Shown one piece after another: positions 20,389-30,288 of a stretch of DNA of 64,000 nucleotides; within the stretch, counting starts at the first letter, position 1, and every line of letters begins with the position of its first letter. This DNA is from an uncultured Alphaproteobacteria bacterium. Lineage in GTDB: Bacteria; Pseudomonadota; Alphaproteobacteria; CAWJRW01. The stretch lies in NCBI GenBank assembly GCA_963845385.1, contig CAWJRW010000006.1:1416910-1480909 (forward strand), written 5' to 3'. The position numbers were made by a program, and so were the translations under genes. Under the pieces are notes generated by a model. It ran no database searches and was not told the origin of the DNA. It was given only the letters and a program-made list of their open reading frames with translations.

Positions 20389-22217
20389 ATGAGCTTGCGT
20401 AACATCGCCATCATCGCCCATGTCGACCATGGCAAGACGACGCTCGTGGATCAGATGCTGCGGCAATCGGGCTCTTTTCGCGCCAACCAGCAGGTGGCCG
20501 AGCGCGCGCTCGATTCCAACGAGCTCGAGCGCGAGCGCGGCATCACGATTCTCGCCAAGTGCACGAGCCTCATCTGAGGGGACTGAGACGCGCATCAACA
20601 TCGTCGACACGCCGGGGCACGCCGATTTCGGCGGCGAGGTCGAGCGCATCTTGTCCATGGTGGACGGCGCGCTCTTGCTCGTCGACGCGGCCGAAGGGCC
20701 GATGCCGCAAACGAAGTTCGTCACCGCCAAGGCGCTTGCCATGGGGCTTGCGCCCATCGTCGTCGATGAACAAGATGGACCGGCCCGATGCGCGCCCGCA
20801 CGAAGTGCACGAGGCCGTGTTCGATCTCTTCGCCGCGCTCGGGGCCGACAACAAGCAGATGGATTTTCCCGTGCTCTATGCCTGCGGGCGCGACGGCTGG
20901 GCGAGCGCGAGCCCCGACAAGCCCGGCACCGATCTCGCACCGCTCTTCGACCTCATCCTGCGCCATGTGCCCGGAGCCCGCGGCTGCCCAGAGTGCCGAC
21001 GGGCCTTTCGTCATGCTCGCGACGACTCTGGAAGCGGACGCGCATCTGGGCCGCCTGCTCACCGGACGCATCGAGAGCGGACGCATCGCGCCCAATCGCA
21101 CGATCAAGGCCTTGAGCCGTACGGGCGAGCTCATGGAGCGCGCGCGCGTGACGAAAGTCATCGCCTTTCGTGGGCTGAACCGCTTGGGGCTCGCCGAAGC
21201 GCCGAGCCGGCGACATCGTCGCGATCGCGGGGCTGTCGTCGGCGAGCGTCGCGGACACGCTGTGCGATCTCGAAGTCGAGACACCGGTGTTCGCGACCCC
21301 CATCGATCCGCCGACACTCGCCGTCACCATCGAGGTCAACGATTCGCCGCTCGCGGGCACCGAGGGCAGCAAGGTGCAATCCCGCGTCATCCGCGAGCGC
21401 CTGTTCCGCGAAGCGGAAGGCAATGTCGCCATCCGCGTCAGCGAAGCCGGCGAGAAGGCCTTCGAGGTTGCGGGCCGCGGCGAGCTGCAGCTCGGCGTGC
21501 TCATCGAGACCATGCGCCGCGAAGGCTTCGAGCTCGCCGTGTGCCGGCCGCGCGTCCTCTACAAGACCGATCCCGCGACGGGCGCGCTGCTCGAGCCCAT
21601 CGAGGACGTGCAGATCGATCTCGACGACGCCTTCGTCGGCATCGTCATCGACAAGCTCAACCAGCGCAAGGGCGAGCTGTCGACATGCGTCCTTCGGGCG
21701 GCGGCAAGACGCGCATCGTCATGCGCGTCCCTTCGCGCGGGCTCATCGGATACCATGGCGCCTTCCTCACGGACACGCGCGGCACCGGCATCATGAACCG
21801 GCTCTTTCACGGCTATGAGCCGCATCGCGGGCCGATCGAAGGCAGGCGGAACGGCGTGCTCATTTCGACCGACGACGGCAACGCGGTCGCTTATGCGTTG
21901 TGGTATCTTGAAGAGCGCGGCGTGATGTTCATCGACCCGGGCACGCGCGTCTATGAGGGCATGATCATCGGCGAGAATGCGCGCGCGGGCGATCTCGACG
22001 TCAACCCTTGAAGTCGAAGCATTTGACCAACATCCGAACCACGAGCAAGGACGAAGCGATCCGCCTCACGCCGCCGCGCAAGCTCACGCTCGAAGATGCC
22101 ATCGCCTATATCGGCGACGACGAGCTTGTGGAGGTGACGCCGCAAAGCATTCGCTTGCGCAAGCGCCTGCTCAAGCCGCATCTGCGCAAGCGCCGTGCGA
22201 AAGCCGAAGCCTCATGA
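20389..22217 (+). pseudogene. typA: Translational GTPase TypA/BipA, with at least 6 frame breaks
   Basis: [24 protein letters not shown] starts at ATG 20389. The homologous sequence then hops through ORFs 20420, 20559, 20788, 21287, 20788 again and 22008. Landmarks are [74 protein letters not shown] and [18 protein letters not shown]. Confidence 0.9.
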
Positions 22218-23032
22218 GCGCCGATCCCATCGATCGTTTTCTCGCCTTCGCCGGGATGCTCGCCGACAGCGCGGCGCAGGTGACCTTGCAGCACTTTCGC
22301 GACGGCGGCGCGGTCGCCGACAAATCGACGAATGCGGTTTTCGATCCCGTGACCGAGGCCGACCGGCAAGCCGAAGCCGCCATGCGGCGTCTCATCCACG
22401 ACCGCTTTCCCGATCACGGCATCTTGGGCGAAGAGCATGGCCACGAGCCGGGAAAGAGCGCTTACACCTGGGTCATCGATCCCATCGACGGCACACGCTC
22501 ATTCATCGCGGGGCTGCCGCTGTGGACGACCTTGATCGCGCTGAACGACGGCACGCGCCCCATTCTCGGCCTCATCGATCAGCCTTATCTCGGCGAGCGC
22601 TTCACCGGCAGCATCATGGGCAAGGCGGAGTTGCGCACGCGCGACGGCGTGCGGCGCTTGCACACACGGAGCACCGTGACGCGCTTGAAGGACGCCATCT
22701 TCAGCACCACGAGCATGGAGCTCTTCGAGAGCGCCGCCGAAAAGCGCGTCCTCGAGCGGCTCGTGGCGGGCGCGCGGCTCGTCCGCTTCGGCTGCGATTG
22801 CTACGCCTACGGACTTCTCGCGGCCGGTTTCATCGATGTCGTCGTCGAGGCGGGTTTGCAGCCCTGGGATGTGCAGCCATTCCTGCCCATCGTGGAGGCT
22901 GCGGGCGGCGCCGTTGCGAGCTGGGAGGGCGGGTCGGCGCAAGAGGGCGGCCGCGTCGTTGCCGCCGCGAATGCGGCGCTCCTTGCCGAGACGCTCGCGC
23001 TCGTTCAATCCGCGGCATCCGAAGCGCACTAG
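22214..23032 (+). CDS. Inositol monophosphatase family protein (HisN-like histidinol-phosphatase candidate)
   Basis: The start MSADPIDRF overlaps the typA stop (ATGA). Motifs are [17 protein letters not shown] and [15 protein letters not shown]. Confidence 0.8.
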   Translation: MSADPIDRFLAFAGMLADSAAQVTLQHFRDGGAVADKSTNAVFDPVTEADRQAEAAMRRLIHDRFPDHGILGEEHGHEPGKSAYTWVIDPIDGTRSFIAGLPLWTTLIALNDGTRPILGLIDQPYLGERFTGSIMGKAELRTRDGVRRLHTRSTVTRLKDAIFSTTSMELFESAAEKRVLERLVAGARLVRFGCDCYAYGLLAAGFIDVVVEAGLQPWDVQPFLPIVEAAGGAVASWEGGSAQEGGRVVAAANAALLAETLALVQSAASEAH

Positions 23033-23035
23033 CAT

Positions 23036-23192
23036 GGTGCGGAGAAATTTGAACTGCAGCGCCTCATCCTTCGAGACGCCCGCTTCGCGGCCTCCTCAGG
23101 ATGAGGCAACCCGTTGATATATGACGGCCTCATCCTGAGGAGCGAAGCGTCTCGAAGGATGAGGCCGTGATGCACAAGAATTTTTCCGCACC
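23036..23192. repeat. 157-bp imperfect inverted-repeat (MITE-like) element
   Basis: The left arm is ggtgcggagaaattt...gcctcatccttcgagacgc...cctcaggatgaggc. The right arm is its imperfect reverse complement, gcctcatcctgagga...gcgtctcgaaggatgaggc...aatttttccgcacc. A 17-nt AT-rich centre separates them. Confidence 0.65.
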
Positions 23193-23223
23193 CTGCTAGC
23201 GCTTCAGCGGCGCGGCAATCCGT

Positions 23224-24183
23224 TCACTCCCGCAGAAAAGCACTCGCGCCCGTCTCGAAGAACGCGTCCCAATGACGCCAGAACGCCGCGCGGATTTCGT
23301 CGCGCTCCATCAGAATTTCGTGGCACGCACCCGGAATGATGACATGCCGGCAATCGGGGAGCATTGCGGCAAGGCGCGCTTGCGCTTTGTTATCGACGAG
23401 GCGCTCGTCTTCCGCAGTAACGATAAGAATGGGCGCCGCGAGCGAGCGCACGAAGCGGGGCGCGAAAACCCGCGCCATCGCCCGATAGGTCGCACCGAGC
23501 CAGCCGAGCGTGGGGCTTCCAAGTGCCAGCGAGGGCTCTGCCCGCAGAATGCCGAGATTGCGCGCGAAGCGGCGCGCGTCGCGCGTGACAGGATTGGTTT
23601 CGAAAGTCTCCGCAAGCGGGTCGAAGCGCGCGCCTCCTGGAACGAATGACGAGGCGGGTCCGAAGCGGCCGAGCAAGCGCGCGCGCACCGGATGGGGTGT
23701 CAGTATGCCGAGCAAGGGCGCGGTCGTCGCCAAATGGGCAAAGCGTGTCGGCCATTCATGGAGTGCGTGCAGCGCGATGAGCCCGCCCATGGAATGGGCG
23801 AGCACATAAAAGGGGCTCGGACACGACGGCTCGACCACGCGCTTCATCAATGAATTGAGATCATCGAGATATTCGGCGAAATCGCGCACATGACTTTTGA
23901 GCGGATCGGCGAGGAGCCGCGCCGAGCCTCCCTGCCCGCGCCAATCGAGCGTGGCGACCGCAAGCGAGCGCTCCTGCAGCGCGCTCACCGTCTCAAAATA
24001 TTTTTCAATTGTCTCCGTACGCCCCTGGAGCAACACCACAGTGCCCCGCGCGCGATCCGGGGCCGGCCATGACGCCGCGCGCAACCGCGTGCCGTCCGCT
24101 GCGCGCAGGAACGACACCGACGCGCCTGGCGGCGGCGGATTGTCGGGAGTCGGGTAAAGTGCTGCGGCGGGCTCGCCATTCAT
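23224..24183 (-). CDS. Alpha/beta hydrolase (lysophospholipase-like)
   Basis: The internal start is MNGEPAAALYP at 24183. It has the nucleophile elbow AHSMGG and a C-terminal CHEILMERDE motif. The product is 319 aa. Confidence 0.8.
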   Translation of the reverse strand: MNGEPAAALYPTPDNPPPPGASVSFLRAADGTRLRAASWPAPDRARGTVVLLQGRTETIEKYFETVSALQERSLAVATLDWRGQGGSARLLADPLKSHVRDFAEYLDDLNSLMKRVVEPSCPSPFYVLAHSMGGLIALHALHEWPTRFAHLATTAPLLGILTPHPVRARLLGRFGPASSFVPGGARFDPLAETFETNPVTRDARRFARNLGILRAEPSLALGSPTLGWLGATYRAMARVFAPRFVRSLAAPILIVTAEDERLVDNKAQARLAAMLPDCRHVIIPGACHEILMERDEIRAAFWRHWDAFFETGASAFLRE

Positions 24184-24362
24184 CGGCGGTTCACGCACTG
24201 CGGAGCAAAGGGAACGGCAATGGCAACGGAGGCGATCATGGGGGCGCTGCCTGATGTCTTCCGAGCCCGGCCCTTGAGCATGTCCGGGGGGACCCTTAGA
24301 CTCTGCCCGGGCAAAGCGAACGGCCACAATCTAGCGCGCCTGTCGCCTCGAGGGGCCTTCTT

Positions 24363-24659
24363 ATGAACGCCACGCTTGCGAGCCTGATCTTGGCGAGCGT
24401 TTTCGTTCTCGCCGCAAGCACGTCCCTGCCAGCCGCCGACAACGACTCGGGCAGCGCTACGACCGCCAGCGACGGTTCCGCGACCGACAGCGCTAGTCCA
24501 CAACCGGGCGCGCCGGCTCCGGCGGGTGACATCAGTCCCGCCAGTCTTGCGGGCTCAGGCGAAAGCGGAGATGGAAACGGCTCGGAGAGCGCGGCGGCCC
24601 CGCCCCTCGATCCCGGCTCGAAATGCAGCGAGTTTCCAGAGATGTGTTCGGCTCAGTAG
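24363..24659 (+). CDS. Small secreted low-complexity protein (hypothetical)
   Basis: A clear signal peptide (MNATLASLILASVFVLAASTSLPAAD) is followed by an acidic Ser/Gly/Ala/Pro-rich region. The tail is C-terminal CSEFPEMCSAQ. I recognise no family. Confidence 0.5.
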   Translation: MNATLASLILASVFVLAASTSLPAADNDSGSATTASDGSATDSASPQPGAPAPAGDISPASLAGSGESGDGNGSESAAAPPLDPGSKCSEFPEMCSAQ

Positions 24660-24680
24660 GCGCCAGGGGGTCTATTCGCC

Positions 24681-25221
24681 ATGACTCAGCCCAGAAGAAC
24701 CGGTTTTGTCCGCGGGACGATCATCGCCGTGACGATTGCCGTCGCAGGCGGCGGCGTTGGCGGGCTGGTCTACTGGAATAAATTGACGGAGCAGCGCGAG
24801 CGCCACGCCCTCGACAAGATCGGCGTGCTCGGCGACGAGCACAATGCAATCGGTCAAAGCTACGCGCGAACGCTCTCGGGAATTGAGAGCTTGAGAACGG
24901 AATTTCGCAAGCTCGTCGAACTCGAACCCCGAGGTGCCGACCGGCCAGTTGCGCGTGCTTGCGGACGAGACGACGCTCGAGGTCGTCAAGTCCCGCGGCC
25001 TCGAGAGTGATGTCGACCTCGTGGTGGATTACGTGGCCGATCTCGATGTTTGCATCGCGGAGAAACGCTGCGACCCGCGCGTGGCCACGGGACTTCACAG
25101 CCCACTCGCCGCGCTCCGCAATTGGGAGCAATGGTACAGACCCTATCTCGAAGCACGCCAGGACAGCGCGCCGGGCCGCGAGTCCGCGTTTTATCGTTAC
25201 CTCCACCGCGCGCCGGCGTGA
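24681..25221 (+). pseudogene. Membrane-anchored hypothetical protein, with one frame break near 24930
   Basis: ORF 24681..25010 has an N-terminal TM helix (GTIIAVTIAVAGGGVGGLVYW). A plausible continuation (QLRVLADETTLEVVKSRGLESDVDLVVDYVADLDV...) lies in ORF 24934..25221. Confidence 0.45.
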
Positions 25222-25296
25222 CCGCCACGAGTTCTCTGCGACCTTTTCGCCGAAGTCGTTTCTAACGTAAAATCAACATCTTACGTAAAGCCGCGC

Positions 25297-25328
25297 GCCC
25301 TTGACGGGGCGCGGCGCCGCTCCCATCT
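25297..25328 (+). promoter_or_regulatory. RpoH (sigma32)-type heat-shock promoter candidate
   Basis: The sequence is CCCTTGAC (25298-25305), 16 nt, then CCCATCT (25322-25328), about 95 nt upstream of the first Hsp20 gene. It matches the CCCTTGAA-N-CCCCATNT consensus. Confidence 0.55.
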
Positions 25329-25422
25329 CTGACATGCCGGATCGCCAACCGGGATCCGGTGCGCAGAGCTCGACGCTCAAGGCGTGGGCTTGCGGCCATA
25401 TCGCTTAACGGAGGATACGGCT

Positions 25423-25905
25423 ATGCGAACTTTCGATTTCACTCCGCTCTATCGCTCGACCGTCGGCTTCGATCGGCTCTTCGGCCTGCTCGACGCCGCC
25501 ACCAAGAGCGAAGAGAGCGCATCAAGCTACCCCCCATTCAACATCGAGATCACGGGCGAGGACGCCTATCGCGTGACCATGGCCGTGGCCGGCTTCGGCC
25601 GCGAAGACCTCACCATCGAGGTGCGCCAGAACACGCTCACCATCAGCGGCAAGCGCGAGACGAACGGCGACGACCGCCGCTATCTGCACCGCGGCATCGC
25701 GGGACGCAGCTTCGAGCGGCGCTTCGAGCTTGCTGATCACGTCAAGGTCGCGAACGCGACGCTGGAAAACGGGCTCCTGCATGTCGACCTCGTGCGCGAG
25801 GTGCCGGAGGAGGCCAAGCCGCGCCGCATCGAGATCGAACCCGGCAAGGGCGACGGCAAGAAGACGGCCCGCGTGATCGACGCGAAAGCCGAAAAGGCCG
25901 CCTAA
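25423..25905 (+). CDS. Small heat-shock protein, Hsp20/IbpA family
   Basis: The sequence is MRTFDFTPLYRSTVGFDRLFGLLD...YPPFNIEITGEDAYRVTMAVAGF...LENGLLHVDL. It has a typical alpha-crystallin domain of the IbpA class. Confidence 0.9.
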   Translation: MRTFDFTPLYRSTVGFDRLFGLLDAATKSEESASSYPPFNIEITGEDAYRVTMAVAGFGREDLTIEVRQNTLTISGKRETNGDDRRYLHRGIAGRSFERRFELADHVKVANATLENGLLHVDLVREVPEEAKPRRIEIEPGKGDGKKTARVIDAKAEKAA

Positions 25906-26130
25906 AGCGAGAGGGGGGATGCCTCGGCATCCCCTTCTTCGTGGCAACGAAGCAAGAGGCCGCGCCAAACCCGTGCTTCCTTCGGGAAGAGGGCGGCGGC
26001 GCGGACGAAGGGCGGTGCTTTGAAGCCAAGTCAAGCCATGTTTCGCCAAGTGGGCGATCATTGCAGCCAATGCGAGATGACCGCACCGGACGCGTCCTCG
26101 GCGCCGGTGCCCGGATAAAGGAGAATTGCG

Positions 26131-26616
26131 ATGGTTTCACTTCTTTCCAGGCCTTGGGGCCGCCCGACGTTTGCGCGCGCGGGCGATCCTTTTACAAGCC
26201 TCCAGCGCGAGGTCGACCGTCTGTTCGACGAGTTCACACGCGGCAGCTTCCTCGCCCCCGCGCGCGAGGGCGAGGTCGCGATTACGCCGCGAGTCGACGT
26301 CAGTGAAACGGAAAACACGCTCGAAGTGGAGGTTGAGCTTCCCGGCGTCGATGAAAAGGACGTCGAGGTGACATTGAGTGACAACGTCTTGACCATCCAA
26401 GGCGAGCGCAAGCAGGAGCGCGAGGAAAAGAAGAAGGACTTCCACTTGGTGGAGCAGTCCTACGGAAGCTTCGCGCGCAGCATTTCGCTGCCCTTCGAAG
26501 TCGACACGAACGCCGTGAAGGCGAACTTTTCCAAGGGCGTTCTCAAGGTGACCCTGCCGAAGCCGGCGGCGGCCAAGGCGAAGACTCGGCGGATCGAAAT
26601 CAAGAGCGTCGAGTAA
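26131..26616 (+). CDS. Small heat-shock protein, Hsp20 family (second, divergent copy)
   Basis: The sequence is PFTSLQREVDRLFDEF...PRVDVSETENTLEVEVELPGVDEKDVEVTL...FSKGVLKVTLPK. It is an intact 161 aa protein. Confidence 0.9.
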   Translation: MVSLLSRPWGRPTFARAGDPFTSLQREVDRLFDEFTRGSFLAPAREGEVAITPRVDVSETENTLEVEVELPGVDEKDVEVTLSDNVLTIQGERKQEREEKKKDFHLVEQSYGSFARSISLPFEVDTNAVKANFSKGVLKVTLPKPAAAKAKTRRIEIKSVE

Positions 26617-26634
26617 CCATACGTGATGAGCATC

Positions 26635-26675
26635 GGGTCGCCGCCCGGGAAAGTGTGCGGCGGCCCCTTTTTCTT
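26635..26675 (+). terminator. Rho-independent terminator after the second Hsp20 gene
   Basis: The stem arms are GGGTCGCCGC and GCGGCGGCCC (one mismatch). The stem is followed by CTTTTTCTT. Confidence 0.7.
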
Positions 26676-26768
26676 GCGCAGTCTTCGCCCCGACAAGAAT
26701 TCATGTTAATGGTGAGACCATAGTAGCGGGGGCAACCTGCGAGCCTAACGTTCGCAGGGTCATTTCAT

Positions 26769-27776
26769 ATGACAAGTTGGCAAAGCAAGCTCACGAGGTT
26801 CTACTTGCGACGGCGCGGCCGCCGCCCGCTGACCCCCGACGCCAAGATCATTGCGCTACGCCAGCAGGAAACCCGGGCCGCAGCCAAGCACCGCTATCGA
26901 GGCCCGGCCGAGATCGCGCCCGTCACCATCGGCGGTCTCAAGGCGGAGTGGGTGCGTCCGCCCAAGGCCGAGGGCCACCGCGTGATCCTCTATTTTCACG
27001 GCGGCGGCTATTGCTTCTGCTCGCCCGAGACCCATCGCCATCTCATCGCGCGGCTTTGTGACAGCGCGCAGGCGCGCGCACTTTCCATCGATTACCGCCT
27101 CGCGCCCGAGCATCCGTTTCCGGCGGCGCTCGATGATGCGGTCACCGCTTATCGCTGGCTGCTCGCGCAGGGGATCAGCCCCTCGGGGATCGTCCTCGCG
27201 GGCAACTCCGCGGGTGGCGGACTTGCCATTGCAACTGCCATGGCGCTGCGCGACGGGGGTGCACCCTTGCCGCGTGCCGTCGTGGCCATGTCGCCCTGGA
27301 CCGATCTCGCGCTCACCGGCTGGACGATCCTCACCAAGGCCCAAGCCGACGCCCTGCAAAGTTGGGAGACGCTCGCCGTCTGCGCCCGCCACTATCTCAA
27401 GAGCACGGCGCCGACCAATCCCTTCGCCTCTCCGCTCTACGGAAACTTTCGCGGCCTGCCCCCGCTCCTCATCCATGTCGGCAGCGAGGAGATTCTCCGC
27501 GACGACGCAACCCGCGCCGCCGAACGGGCCGAGGCCGCGGGCGTCGATGTCAGCGTTGAGGTGTGGGCGGGCATGCACCACGTCTTTCAGCTCTATACCA
27601 GGCTGCCTGAGGCCCGCGGCTCGCTCGACCGCATCGGAAGCTTCATTCGCTCGCGCACGGCAACCCCGCCGCCGCGCGCGGCCGAGAAAGGCGGCCTCTT
27701 GTCGTTGCGCCGTTCCGGCACGCCGAAGACCGCGCCGCGCCCACGCGCTGAGCGCGACGATCACCTGTTGAGCTAA
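26769..27776 (+). CDS. Alpha/beta hydrolase fold-3 esterase/lipase (HSL family)
   Basis: It has the HGGGY oxyanion motif, the GNSAGG nucleophile motif and a DDATR...HHVF region. It is an intact 335 aa protein. Confidence 0.85.
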   Translation: MTSWQSKLTRFYLRRRGRRPLTPDAKIIALRQQETRAAAKHRYRGPAEIAPVTIGGLKAEWVRPPKAEGHRVILYFHGGGYCFCSPETHRHLIARLCDSAQARALSIDYRLAPEHPFPAALDDAVTAYRWLLAQGISPSGIVLAGNSAGGGLAIATAMALRDGGAPLPRAVVAMSPWTDLALTGWTILTKAQADALQSWETLAVCARHYLKSTAPTNPFASPLYGNFRGLPPLLIHVGSEEILRDDATRAAERAEAAGVDVSVEVWAGMHHVFQLYTRLPEARGSLDRIGSFIRSRTATPPPRAAEKGGLLSLRRSGTPKTAPRPRAERDDHLLS

Positions 27777-28970
27777 GCGATTACTTTGAGTGCGCCGCGC
27801 GCGCCCTCGACATCGGCTTGCACGAGCGCCGCGTGAACGACGTGAGCGCCGGTGAATTGAGCTTCGCGGAAATCGGTGTGACGCATAGCTGCGCCCTCGA
27901 GACGCGCGTAGGCGAGATCGGCACCGCGCAAGCTCGCCCGACTGAGGTCCGCACCCTCGAGCAGCGCATAGCGTAAACGCGCGCCATCCAAGCGCGCGGG
28001 CAACGGCCTACCATCGTCGAGCTCGAGCGGCGCGAGGTTTGCGCCATCGAGCTTGGCATGGGTCGAGATCGGCATTGCGCAAGGCGACGCCCCGCAGATC
28101 CGCGCCCGAAAGCGTGGCGCAGCGGAAATCGGCGCCGTCGAGCTGCGCGCCTTGCAGCGCGGCGCCCGTGAGATCAAGTCCCGCGAAGACCGAGCGCGGC
28201 GCCACGAGCGCGGTGAGATCGACGCCGACGAACGATCCGAGCGGCCGAAAGTCGGCCTCGTCGAGCTTGAGCGAGGCGCCCGCCCTGCCGCCGCTCGTGC
28301 TCCATCGCACATGGTCCTCGATCTGGGCTTCGAGAGTCTGTGCCGCGGCATGACCGCGAGGCGGATCGCGCACGACGCCGGACATGACCGCGCCGTCGAG
28401 GATGGTCAGGCTTTGCACGATTTCCGCAAGCAACGCCCGCGTGAGATCGGCGCCCGAGAGATCGGCACCGGAAAGATTGGCGCGCTCGAGATTGGCGCCG
28501 CACAACAGTGCGCGCGCCAAATGCGCACGCGTGAGCCGCGCGCCACGCAAGAGCGCATCGCTCAAGTCGCAGCGCATGAGGGCGAAGTTTTGACCGCAGA
28601 CGAAATCGAGGCCGTTGGCCGAGAGCATGGCCGGCGGCAAGGCTTCGGGGCCGCGGTCATGGTGCAGAAAGCGCATGATGCCCATGCGGCCGCGCTCGGC
28701 GATGGCGCCCTCGCGCAGATCCGCCTCGAAGAGATCGGCATCGTCGAGAAGCGCGCCCGCGAGGCACGCGCCCCTCAAATCAGCGCGTTTCAGACTCGCG
28801 CCCCGGAAATCCGCCTGTCTCAAATCGGCCGCGAAGAACACCGCATTGTCGAGATCGGCGCCCGTGAAGCGCGCGCCCTCGAGCAGTGCGCCCGTGAAAT
28901 CCGCGCTGCCGAGCTTGCGGCCGGAGAAGTCGGTGTCGCGCAGATCGGCATAGATGAAGGCGGCGCGCAT
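27773..28970 (-). pseudogene. Pentapeptide-repeat protein (about 400 aa), with one frame break near 28070
   Basis: From MRAAFIYADLRDTDFSGRKLGSADFTGALLEGARFTGADLDNAVF there are long A(D/N)LxG-type runs in ORF 28008..29612. The C-terminal repeats (LDGANLAPLELDD...LEGADLSRASLRGADLAYARLEGAAM) are in ORF 27773..28351. Confidence 0.75.
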
Positions 28971-29104
28971 GCCCCCGAGCCGTCCGGAGGACAGGAATCT
29001 CGTGCCTTGCGATCTGCTCGGACACAGTCTCCGGATCGGGGCGCGTGAAGACGATTTGCGACATTCAGAGACCGAAGAAAGGGAGGTCCACCACGGCGTG
29101 CGGC

Positions 29105-29570
29105 TCAGCCCTCTTGCGCCGCCTCGCCGCCTCGGGCGGTGGAGCAAAGGTGGTTGAGCCGGTCCAGGAGCTTCGCGCCGAGCGCGCCGCCCGAGCCCCG
29201 AATGGCGTGAACGAAGACGATCTCGAGCGCCTCCAGATGGTGTCCGATCACCGACCACTCGTCGTCGCTCGTGGCGTCGCGGTCGCGCATCAGAGCGCAC
29301 AACATGGCGGCGACGTCGGTGACGAGGTCGAAGCCGAAGCAGCGGCCCTGCCCTTTCAGATTGTGGGCCGCTTCGAAGATCTTGGCCTGAAGCGCGGCCC
29401 GCTCGCCGGGCTTGTTCACGCCGCTCGCATGCAGGCGCGCGAACCCTGTCGCATTCAGTGCGCGCCCAGACGAGATACTCGTCCGCGAGCGCGGCGACGG
29501 CCTCTTCGGCGCGATGCAACAGATCTTCCCGCGACGGTTTCGCGTCGCGGTCCGCATGACTCTCCGACAT
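29105..29570 (-). pseudogene. Histidine phosphotransfer (HPt) domain protein, with one frame break near 29450
   Basis: The HPt signature AAHNLKGQGRCFGFDLV is in ORF 29105..29557. The N-terminus MSESHADRDAKPSREDLLHRAEEAVAALADEYL is in the frame of ORF 28008..29612. Confidence 0.65.
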
Positions 29571-29666
29571 GACGAAAGGGTAGCCGCCCGAGTTTAACGA
29601 AAATTGAAGCATTGGCGGGCGGCCCAGCGCGGGCGCGCAAGGAGCCTTGCGTCCGAAACGTATTGT

Positions 29667-30197
29667 TTACCGAAAGAGTGCGGGGTCGAGATGCGCCAAG
29701 ACTTCCGCGGCGCTCGACGTGGTGAGCTCTTTCTTGACCGTGCCGACCACGCGCGCGGCGACCTCTTTGCTCAATGCGTGCCGCAGTTCGCCAAGGGCAC
29801 GCGGCGGCGCAACCACGATGAGGTGGTCGAATTTCCCGCGGCCGAGCTCCTCATCGAGCCATTGTGCGACCTCACGCGCGAAGACATGCTCGGCATTTCG
29901 ATGGGCATCGGACGAAGGCGCCAGCGCGTGACGATGATGACCGGTGGAATCAAAGCTGCGGCCCGGCTTGTCGGCATCGATATCCCGCGAGCGGAGATGC
30001 GAGCCTACGAGATCGGCGTCGTTCGCGGGCTCCAAACGTCCCGCTTCATAGCGGAAGAGCCGCGCTCGCGCGCCGTCCGCCACGAGCACGCACACCTTAC
30101 TCTTTGGAATACGTGTGGGCACTTTTCGCCAATCCCGATGCTTTTGTGGCGGGCGCCGTAGACCTACACAGTTGGCAGCAGAACGCACCGGTGTCAA
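29667..30197 (-). CDS. Host-attachment-protein family (baeRF12-type release-factor-like) protein
   Basis: The sequence VCVLVADGARARLFRYE...PGRSFDSTGHHRHALAP...FAREVAQWLDEE...LIVVAPPRALGELRHAL matches the family pattern. The start codon is uncertain. Confidence 0.6.
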   Translation of the reverse strand: MTPVRSAANCVGLRRPPQKHRDWRKVPTRIPKSKVCVLVADGARARLFRYEAGRLEPANDADLVGSHLRSRDIDADKPGRSFDSTGHHRHALAPSSDAHRNAEHVFAREVAQWLDEELGRGKFDHLIVVAPPRALGELRHALSKEVAARVVGTVKKELTTSSAAEVLAHLDPALFR

Positions 30198-30288
30198 TGC
30201 GGCTTGCGTGGCGCGTGCAGCGCCCGGCTTATGAGGAGTACTACCCGGCGCGCGGCTTTGCTAAGTCTAGGTTCGCAAGGCTGGGAAC

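Noticed and set aside
28008-29612. A 534-aa ORF as one protein
   Set aside because: It is a chimera. Its first roughly 60 aa belong to the HPt gene, the next roughly 150 aa are Arg-rich out-of-frame or intergenic read-through, and only the part from MRAAFIYADL (28970) is the pentapeptide-repeat protein.
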